A stretch of DNA of 64,000 bases, taken from sequence record NC_070999.1; one strand, written 5' to 3'. The position numbers were made by a program, and so were the translations under genes. Shown here in pieces: positions 40,862-47,805 of the stretch. Position 1 is the first letter of the stretch. Each line of letters starts with the position of its first letter. The notes beneath the pieces were generated by a model. It was not told the origin of the DNA and did not search any database. It saw only the letters and a program-made list of their open reading frames with translations.

Positions 40862-40898
40862 CTTAACCTTCACTCTCCAATGGAGAGTGAAGGTTAAG
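40862..40898. terminator. bidirectional terminator between the HNH gene and the RNA island
   Basis: 18-bp arms: CTTAACCTTCACTCTCCA-A-TGGAGAGTGAAGGTTAAG. Confidence 0.85.
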
Positions 40899-40924
40899 AA
40901 TATCGTTATTTTATTTCAATACAC

Positions 40925-41720
40925 ATTCCATAAGGTTATCAATCTTCCACACCGAGTGCTTCGGCAAATGGTATTCAAGATAACCCTACAGGTCGTGCAT
41001 TTACTACACCACTTCTACCCGACGAAAGGTAGCATACAGTTTGCTCTGTTAGCTCTAGTCGTCTAGTAAAAGATCTAGTCTTTATACTCTAGGTCACTAA
41101 CGTCTGCGCTGTCTAAAACACCGACCATACCCGCAGGTACGGAGTGTCGGAACTCACTGTTAGGGCGTTCCTAAATAGCGAACAAGTCAGATCTAAATTG
41201 ACCTGAGTCGTTCTGGACATCTTTGTTTCATGTCGCGGTCTTACTTCGACTATAACTTTCAGACTTATATGCTGACTAAACAGCTTTACGTTTCGTCTGA
41301 AAGGTAACACCTCTTTGTTTTGCGTCCTGAGGTTTCTATTTGGGACGATCCCGCCACGTAGGGATTGGACGTCTCTTAACTGTTTGAATGCACCGTTAGG
41401 ATAAAGGAGACATGCTGACCGAGCATTATGACAACGGGAAACAATTAAGAGACTACTGGGACGATCACTACTTTTGAATTAACAGACATTGGGTAAGTGA
41501 GGACTTTTGCAATTGGTTCTGCGAATTTCTAAGTAGTGATCGAAAGGTTGAACTATCAGTCGCCCGCTTCACTTAACGCAGATGGTTAATTAGAAACCTG
41601 ATAGTTCGTAAAGGGTTAGTTATCCATGAGAGTTTTAACTTTTCCGTTAGGCTTTGAGTTTCAACAATTTGTGATAGAGCATGAAGCAACGGGAGGTCTA
41701 AAATCAAACATAAATAACTA
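40925..41720 (-). ncRNA. candidate large (~800 nt) structured non-coding RNA
   Basis: No credible ORF; many long complementary pairs (41371-85/41439-53, 41462-73/41531-42, 41550-59/41598-607, 41330-38/41591-99, 41256-64/41295-303); plus-strand A-C mismatches become G-U on the minus strand. Confidence 0.65.
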
Positions 41721-41725
41721 GAAAG

Positions 41726-41809
41726 TGGTCTCCGAGGACGGGATCGAACCGTCACGCCATAAGCGAGGGATTTTAAATCCCTTGTGTCTACCGATTTCAC
41801 CACTCGGAG
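41726..41809 (-). tRNA. tRNA-Leu(TAA)
   Basis: Cloverleaf with long variable arm; anticodon loop TTTAAAA; GTTCGAT T-loop; encoded CCA. Confidence 0.93.
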
Positions 41810-41814
41810 GATAA

Positions 41815-41889
41815 TAAGGATTATTGGATTCGAACCAATTCAATCTCTCTAATGGTGAGAGCGAGTTACCACCTAACTCTGCAATCCTT
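41815..41889 (-). tRNA. non-canonical tRNA-like gene (CAT anticodon, atypical loop, no CCA)
   Basis: Perfect stems AAGGATT/AATCCTT, GAGTT/AACTC, CTCTC/GAGAG and ATTGG/CCAAT with TTCGAAT T-loop; anticodon loop ACCATTA. Confidence 0.6.
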
Positions 41890-41896
41890 AAAGGGG

Positions 41897-42030
41897 TTAG
41901 ATCTTTCTCTTTGTCGTCATGAAAACCAGCAGGTCTCATATTGTTTATTTGTCTCGGTCACTTCAATTCGAGTCGAAGTGTAATTTGTCGGACAAATGTT
42001 AGATGGACAAGTTTCTTGAGAAAGATCTAA
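41897..42030 (-). ncRNA. candidate ~134-nt structured RNA domain between tRNAs
   Basis: Closed by a perfect 13-bp helix TTAGATCTTTCTC/GAGAAAGATCTAA, with internal hairpins. Confidence 0.45.
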
Positions 42031-42032
42031 AC

Positions 42033-42108
42033 TGGCGGTTCCTGCTGGGATTGAACCAGCGACATACGGATTAACAGTCCGCTGTTCTACCTACTGAACT
42101 AAGGAACC
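42033..42108 (-). tRNA. tRNA-Asn(GTT)
   Basis: 76-nt cloverleaf; anticodon loop CTGTTAA; CCA end. Confidence 0.95.
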
Positions 42109-42114
42109 TGAAAA

Positions 42115-42191
42115 TGGTGAACCCGGCACGGCTTGAACGTGCGACCAATCGATTATGAGTCAACTGCTCTAACCAACTGAGCTACGGGTCC
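42115..42191 (-). tRNA. tRNA with CAT anticodon, Ile2-type (lysidine)
   Basis: 77 nt; GACTCATAATC anticodon arm and A discriminator resemble enterobacterial ileX; CCA end. Confidence 0.85.
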
Positions 42192-42197
42192 ATTAAC

Positions 42198-42274
42198 TGG
42201 CGGGTCCGGCGTGACTTGAACACGCGACCAATGGCTTAGAAGGCCATTGCTCTATCCAACTGAGCTACGAACCC
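42198..42274 (-). tRNA. tRNA-Arg(TCT)
   Basis: 77 nt; anticodon loop CTTCTAA; CCA end. Confidence 0.95.
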
Positions 42275-42280
42275 TGGAAA

Positions 42281-42480
42281 GGTGGGTAGGAAATATCCTA
42301 CCCGACATGTATTACTTCGTTCTATCCCCAAGGTGCGCAAATGTCCGACCCGGTTTAGGGTTGAAATTATCAAGTGGTAGATTCGGAAGTAATAATGTTC
42401 TTTGAAATAGGGGCGAGATGCTAGACCGGGGTTTATACCGGCATCTCCTGGTGGTAAGTTCACCAAGCGACTTCTGTTCA
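42281..42480 (-). ncRNA. candidate ~200-nt structured RNA or tRNA-operon leader
   Basis: Hairpins GGGTAGGA/TCCTACCC and GAGATGC/GCATCTC; long-range ATTACTTC/GAAGTAAT pair. Confidence 0.45.
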
Positions 42481-42564
42481 GTCTACTAACATCTCTAAGT
42501 CGAGTAACTAGATTAACTATTTACGTCTACTATACTTCAACATAATATAAACATTATGCTTATT

Positions 42565-43168
42565 AAATAAAAATACTCCTAGTTAGTTGGAGTAACTAGG
42601 AGTAAAACAAAAACGCATGGAAGCATTTTTGAACGGCTCATTACTTTTTAATTAACTCTTAGTAAAAACTAATTAAAAAGTAGGTGTCGACTTAACACCT
42701 ACAAAAATCAAATCTACAGGAAATAGAACAAAACAATGAAAAAGAAAACGCAAACCAACGCACGAAGAACCCCGAGTTCTTCCTTAAGAACACTTTGGTA
42801 AATATCCTTAAGGAAGAGAAGATGTAGGGATCATCTTCTCTGGGGTAACAAGCACCTAAACGTACATGAAAGCAAGGGAATACTTTCTTAATAGTAACTC
42901 TTTAGAATTAACATTAAGAAAGTCACAGATATCTAGGAGGAGGAGAATACCTGTGACCTTTTATTACGGAGGATTTGAAATGCAAGAAGTCAACTGTTAG
43001 CGGCAGCCTGAACTTCTTTAAGTTCACTTAATTGGAATAAACTTAAAGAAATAAGGTAACAAATAATATAATCTATTACCTTAAACCAAAACGGTATAAA
43101 CCTACATAAAGAGGATCCGATCATGAAAAACTTCCACTGACAACAGGTTGAGGTTTTTCTTTCACATA
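42565..43168 (-). ncRNA. candidate hairpin-punctuated antisense RNA array (~600 nt) with five anti-SD/anti-AUG linkers
   Basis: About 12 hairpins whose plus-strand A-C mismatches are G-U pairs on the minus strand; each long linker is complementary to SD...ATG; ends in a hairpin plus U-tract. Confidence 0.65.
42574..42604 (-). terminator. intrinsic terminator ending the hairpin array
   Basis: 12-bp stem TACTCCTAGTTA/TAACTAGGAGTA, followed on the minus strand by TTTTTATTT. Confidence 0.75.
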
Positions 43169-43210
43169 TAATAAATACATCGTTGTAAATAAATAAAAAT
43201 ATTTAAGTCC

Positions 43211-43240
43211 CATAATTTTTCAGATAGATATTATTTTATT
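43211..43240 (+). promoter_or_regulatory. putative early promoter
   Basis: CATAATTTTTCAGATAGATATTATT. Confidence 0.72.
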
Positions 43241-43290
43241 GATAAACCAGTGAGGTTTATTTTTAACCTTGAGTGTAGAGAGGGTAGTTT

Positions 43291-43704
43291 ATGAGACTAT
43301 TTGGTTGTGAAGAAAAAGTAAGTGGGAGAGATCGACAAGTTTTTGTGTTTAAGGATTTTGTTATTAAACTTCCTAGAACTGAAAGTTGGTTATCGTTCGT
43401 AAGGGGTCTGTGTTCCAACTTAAAGGAAATCGAAACAGCAAAGTCTTATAGTGGATTATTTCCTGAGCAAGTTATGGAAATCAAGTGGTCTGGTTTATTT
43501 GGAATAATCTTGGTAGCTAAACGTTATCAAGAAGTGAAAGACACGACTGTACATCGCCGCAGATTTTTTTATCACTTAAGGAGACTTCATGGGAAGGATC
43601 TTTACAAGTGGAACTTTATCTGGGAAGATGATGTTAAAGTTTTCAACTACGGCTGGGATGAATACGGTCGGTTAGTGAAACTGGATTTAGGCATAAATTA
43701 TTAA
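43291..43704 (+). CDS. minimal protein-kinase-like protein
   Basis: SGRDRQVF loop, VIK lysine, alphaC Glu (NLKE), DVKVFN catalytic loop and LDLG (DFG-like), all in 137 aa. Confidence 0.6.
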   Translation: MRLFGCEEKVSGRDRQVFVFKDFVIKLPRTESWLSFVRGLCSNLKEIETAKSYSGLFPEQVMEIKWSGLFGIILVAKRYQEVKDTTVHRRRFFYHLRRLHGKDLYKWNFIWEDDVKVFNYGWDEYGRLVKLDLGINY

Positions 43705-43736
43705 TTCATTTTTAAATATTAGTTTAGGAGCAACAT

Positions 43737-44351
43737 ATGAACTTTGATCAAATTAAGAAACGTGTTCAACTGAATCTGCGCAATGCGTTTTCTGTAACTC
43801 ATGTTAAGCAAGAGTCGGTTGACACTAACTTCATTCGTGATCCTCGGATTATCAGTGAATATCGTGTAGAGTGTATCAGTTTTGTTTTGAACAATGAAGA
43901 GAAACACTTTATGTTTTATGTTCATAAACTAGACGGATTGTTCTTTACTCGTAGTAAAGAAGGGATTAAGGAAGAGTTGCTGGGTCGACTTCGTTATTAT
44001 GATTTTACCTTTGAGCTCACCGACGATCCTGAATACCGCAATGACATCACTGGTAAACTTCTGGAAAGTATTATCGGTCGCGAAGCACGTCAGCAAATGC
44101 ACAACACTTTTAATTTCTGGAGGGAAGAAGCCGCAAGTCGCGGAAACTATTTCTACTACACCCTGGGGTATAAGGTTACTGGATACAATAAACGTACCAT
44201 GTCGTTTACAGCCGACTTTGAACTTAACGTTCGAAAAGAAAATGAAGACGAGTTTACTACCTACAGTGGTCAGTTTGTAGACGGTTCTGCTGTCAACATT
44301 AAAACTGATTGGAATGGTGCTTATGTAACACTTTCTGATATCTTCTATTAA
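43737..44351 (+). CDS. hypothetical protein
   Basis: 204 aa with AGGAG SD. Confidence 0.72.
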   Translation: MNFDQIKKRVQLNLRNAFSVTHVKQESVDTNFIRDPRIISEYRVECISFVLNNEEKHFMFYVHKLDGLFFTRSKEGIKEELLGRLRYYDFTFELTDDPEYRNDITGKLLESIIGREARQQMHNTFNFWREEAASRGNYFYYTLGYKVTGYNKRTMSFTADFELNVRKENEDEFTTYSGQFVDGSAVNIKTDWNGAYVTLSDIFY

Positions 44352-44367
44352 TTATGTGATAAACATC

Positions 44368-44385
44368 CAGGGAGGTAACTCCCTG
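44368..44385 (+). terminator. short hairpin (possible terminator)
   Basis: CAGGGAG-GTAA-CTCCCTG. Confidence 0.5.
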
Positions 44386-44420
44386 TTAATTTCACACATT
44401 AATAGCCGGGGATTGGTCTA

Positions 44421-45104
44421 ATGGGAACGATTGGTTTGAAAATTAAAATGTTGTTTGTTTATGTTATTTTGAAAATTATGTCCAAAAACGTAGAAGTAAT
44501 CAACGAGAAAGTTAAAGAGTTGGTTATCTGGGCTAATGGTAAAAATAACGACAATGTTCTTTTGGGTGGCATTGGTAGCGTAGAAGTTCGCTTGGTGAAG
44601 GAAGGTAAAGGGTGGTGGATCCATATTGAAGGACTAGGTACACCTTTGATCAAGGATCGACTCACTAATGGCTTCTATGCTTTCAATAAGAAGACTGTAG
44701 GACGTCTGGAAGCTCTTTTCATTACTTGGGCTGGGGTAGACTTTAAACACGACATCGATCACGTCTGTGAGTACATCAAGGGGTTTGACTACATGTGTCA
44801 AGTTCCGGAGTTTGGTCTCTTTGATCGTATTCGTGAAACCAAGAAAGAAGTTGTCTTTACTCCTCACGAAGACTTTGGTAATTACATTGATGTGAAAGGT
44901 AATGTTGCTCGTAAAGTTTATGGTCAATATTCCTTGGAATTGTGTTTTAAGATCAGTCCGAAGTTTTGCCGAGGTTTTGTAGGTGAACTAGTTATCGACA
45001 AGATCAAACCTATCGATATCTCCACTGTATTCACTCAGAAGGAATTTAATAAGTCCCTGGGTGGGTTGGTAATGGATTACGTTCAAAACGTCGTAGAGTG
45101 TTAA
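44421..45104 (+). CDS. hypothetical protein
   Basis: 227-aa ORF; the true start may be ATG 44478. Confidence 0.68.
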   Translation: MGTIGLKIKMLFVYVILKIMSKNVEVINEKVKELVIWANGKNNDNVLLGGIGSVEVRLVKEGKGWWIHIEGLGTPLIKDRLTNGFYAFNKKTVGRLEALFITWAGVDFKHDIDHVCEYIKGFDYMCQVPEFGLFDRIRETKKEVVFTPHEDFGNYIDVKGNVARKVYGQYSLELCFKISPKFCRGFVGELVIDKIKPIDISTVFTQKEFNKSLGGLVMDYVQNVVEC

Positions 45105-45112
45105 ATAGAGAT

Positions 45113-45138
45113 GCTGAGAGGGAGAGATCCTTCTCAGT
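45113..45138 (+). terminator. intrinsic terminator
   Basis: GCTGAGAGGGA-GAGA-TCCTTCTCAGT plus T-rich tail. Confidence 0.65.
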
Positions 45139-45171
45139 GTTATTATTTTGCTGTTCAATGGAGTATAGGAA

Positions 45172-45834
45172 ATGAAAACTGTATTTAATCACGTTGATAA
45201 AGCTATTCTGGATATGGCACGAGTAGTTAATCTCTTTGCTAGTGATAAGGAGATTCTGGAAGTTCTGGAAACTGAACTAATTGGTTCTCGTGGTAAGAAG
45301 ATTAATGTTCTTACTTGTGGTCATGTTAAGCTTCAAGCTGTAATAGAAGACATGGACGTTTACCTGGGTTTCGCAGATGTTAAGTTTGAAAAAGAACGTC
45401 TTCCTACTATCTCTGGTTGTTCATTTAAAATCAACTTATTGACTAAGGATCATGACGAGATTTCTAATGATCTTCGTAAACGGTTTATCATTACTTATGA
45501 AAGTCGTTACAGAACAGCTCTACAACGTCTTGTGAGTAACTTGAGAGAAGGATCTATGCAAAGACCTGGATTCTGGGCAAAGTTGTTTAAACGTGGTTCT
45601 GTAAGCTTTAAATCGATTAACCCAGTTATTAGTGAAATGTTCACTTTGAAAGAAGTAGTACCATTTAACGGTTATGACTCAACATTAAAGTTTGATATCC
45701 TGGGCGAGATCAAGGGGATTGGAACTTACTACAACAATTACAACCCTGATATCTATATGTCAGTTTCCAAAGTTACTCCTGACAAACTCACTGATGGTGT
45801 TATTGGTAACATCATGAGCAAATACATCCTGTAA
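45172..45834 (+). CDS. hypothetical protein, tandem paralog family member 1
   Basis: Shares the RPGFWAKLFKR..VSF block with the next two ORFs. Confidence 0.7.
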   Translation: MKTVFNHVDKAILDMARVVNLFASDKEILEVLETELIGSRGKKINVLTCGHVKLQAVIEDMDVYLGFADVKFEKERLPTISGCSFKINLLTKDHDEISNDLRKRFIITYESRYRTALQRLVSNLREGSMQRPGFWAKLFKRGSVSFKSINPVISEMFTLKEVVPFNGYDSTLKFDILGEIKGIGTYYNNYNPDIYMSVSKVTPDKLTDGVIGNIMSKYIL

Positions 45835-45853
45835 TCTAGAAAGGAAAATAGTT

Positions 45854-46612
45854 ATGAAAACTTTTAACCCATGTGAAAGAATGTCCGTGTTACATTCGGT
45901 TATGGATGTTAATTATACGTTGATCCAAGATTTCCGTGAACTAGGGTATTCTCAGTTCTTTCTTCCATTGTTGAAGTATAACAACTACGCTCGTAAACAT
46001 CTGAAAGAAACTATTGCTGGTTTAAATGTTCGAGGAGAGTTTGAACTTAAAATTGGTGTAGTGTGTAAGAATCAACTTAGTTTGGTTCGTAATAAGCAAC
46101 ATAAGTATTCTCTTCACGTTGTCGACGTTTATACTCAGGATAAAGAGATTATTTCTCTCTCTGGTATTCGTGATCTGTTTAACGAAGCTCAGATCAATAT
46201 GATCATGACTAGACTGAAAGCTTGTAAATATCCTGAAGATCTTTATTACAAACACTTTGAGATTATCAGGTCAAATATTGCCAAAAGTTTAGAAGCTGAT
46301 AAACCAAGTATCGTTGATAAACTCTTCAAACGCTCTAAAAACGTTTCTTTTAACACAGGCGGGTACTTAGAAGGGAAATGGATAGAAGGTTCTTATACAG
46401 CTTACTATGGACTTTGGGGAGGTGTTGAAGTAGAAGGTCAATGTAACTATTACATAGGGATGATTAATCTTAGCATGTTCTCTGAGATTCATACTCCTGT
46501 TCATATCAAACGTTTTAAAGTTACGTTTAATAAAGATCTTAAAAGTCTGGCTACTTACTTAGCTAAAGATATCGCTAAACAAGTATGTCAGGAACTTGGT
46601 CCTAAATTCTAG
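45854..46612 (+). CDS. hypothetical protein, tandem paralog family member 2
   Basis: IGVVCKN...KPSIVDKLFKRSKNVSFNTGG. Confidence 0.72.
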   Translation: MKTFNPCERMSVLHSVMDVNYTLIQDFRELGYSQFFLPLLKYNNYARKHLKETIAGLNVRGEFELKIGVVCKNQLSLVRNKQHKYSLHVVDVYTQDKEIISLSGIRDLFNEAQINMIMTRLKACKYPEDLYYKHFEIIRSNIAKSLEADKPSIVDKLFKRSKNVSFNTGGYLEGKWIEGSYTAYYGLWGGVEVEGQCNYYIGMINLSMFSEIHTPVHIKRFKVTFNKDLKSLATYLAKDIAKQVCQELGPKF

Positions 46613-46624
46613 ATAGGAACTATT

Positions 46625-47353
46625 ATGCAAATCGATCGCACTGTCAATTTAACTTGTTATCCTGACCATGTAGATTTTGATGTTGATTATAACAAAACCA
46701 TGTATGATTTATTTAAACTTGGTCTTGAGGATTACTTTGTTAAACTCTATAAAGACATTGGACATGTCAATAGGACAATTGACGAAGCTTTCAAAACTGC
46801 TCCTAAATCCATTACCTCAGTTACTATCCGTATTGGTGTAGTCTGCGGTAAAGACATCAAAATCAGTCGTGATAGCAAACATCGTTTCTGGCTGTTTGTT
46901 GATGATAAGAGTTTCAGGGTGGGTACAGTAGGTAATTATTTTGATAGAATCTCTTTAGACAGAATTAGAGAGAATTTGGGACTCCCCAATCAGTATGCTA
47001 AACAGTTTTTTACACAGGAGATTTCTCACAACGTTTTAAACTCTATTGAGATTCCAAAGCCATCCTTTCTTGATCTTTACGCTAGACGTCGTAAAGAGTT
47101 TACTTTTAATACTGGGGGATTCAAGGAAGGTAATTGGATTGTGGTAAAAGGGTTTATCAAATACAACATGTTTGGTAAAGATCATATCAGTATAGGTGTC
47201 TCATTCACTACAGGGTTGGTCAATCGTAGTTTGTTCCCTTGTTTACACACTAGACGTTCTATGGATATCAGTAATGAAGAATACAATTGGCATGAGAAGA
47301 GTAACATCTCTCACCTGGTAGCTGAAAGTATTGTTGAATTGGTTTTCAATTAA
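46625..47353 (+). CDS. hypothetical protein, tandem paralog family member 3
   Basis: IGVVCGK...KPSFLDLYARRRKEFTFNTGG. Confidence 0.72.
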   Translation: MQIDRTVNLTCYPDHVDFDVDYNKTMYDLFKLGLEDYFVKLYKDIGHVNRTIDEAFKTAPKSITSVTIRIGVVCGKDIKISRDSKHRFWLFVDDKSFRVGTVGNYFDRISLDRIRENLGLPNQYAKQFFTQEISHNVLNSIEIPKPSFLDLYARRRKEFTFNTGGFKEGNWIVVKGFIKYNMFGKDHISIGVSFTTGLVNRSLFPCLHTRRSMDISNEEYNWHEKSNISHLVAESIVELVFN

Positions 47354-47357
47354 ACTT

Positions 47358-47387
47358 GTTTAGGGAGTTAGTTTTAACTCCCTAAAC
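47358..47387 (+). terminator. intrinsic terminator
   Basis: GTTTAGGGAGTTA-GTTT-TAACTCCCTAAAC. Confidence 0.8.
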
Positions 47388-47389
47388 TT

Positions 47390-47800
47390 TAATTTTACAT
47401 TTATATTTTTATGTAAAAAATATATGTTATGTAATTGGTTACTAAATTTGATTTTTGAACTTTACTTTTTCTTGGTTTTCCTATTCCTTTTAGATCGAAT
47501 TTATTTCGATTTATAGGGGGTTTGGGGGTCCAGGTCAAAGTGGGGTCCAAAGGTCAAGTGCGGGTCCAATTACCTAGTTCGGGTGAGTGGGCGGCTGGAA
47601 GCCTATTATACTTAATTAGTGAAATGAGTATGATGGTAAGATAAGAATGAACGTAGTGAATACCTTATCCATCAATACGAATGAACTGTAACTAGGTAAG
47701 AAGAAAAGTAATACATTTTAAAGATACTACAAACAACTTACTCTGGGTGAATAACCTAGGGTAAGGGAATATGTTTGTTCATTTAAATAAATTACTAAAG
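47390..47800. other. non-coding region with T-rich flank, G-run/GGGTCCA repeats and A-rich flank (origin- or pac-like candidate)
   Basis: GGGGGTTTGGGGGTCCAGGTCAAAGTGGGGTCCAAAGGTCAAGTGCGGGTCCAA at 47516-47569. Confidence 0.4.
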
Positions 47801-47805
47801 AGGAT

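Noticed and set aside
41490-41510. Minus-strand GCAAAAGTCC resembling RNase P conserved region I (GAGGAAAGUCC)
   Set aside because: No complementary P4 partner and no other RNase P conserved regions found.
40925-41720. Group I intron or tmRNA interpretation of the large structured region
   Set aside because: No interrupted exons, no recognisable P7 core, and no tRNA-like ends or tag ORF.
41113-42466. ORFs at 41113-41310, 41573-41803, 41718-41939 and 42236-42466
   Set aside because: They overlap tRNAs or structured RNA helices and give implausible proteins.
42565-43168. CRISPR array interpretation of the periodic hairpin region
   Set aside because: The hairpins share no primary sequence, so there are no direct repeats; no cas genes in the window.
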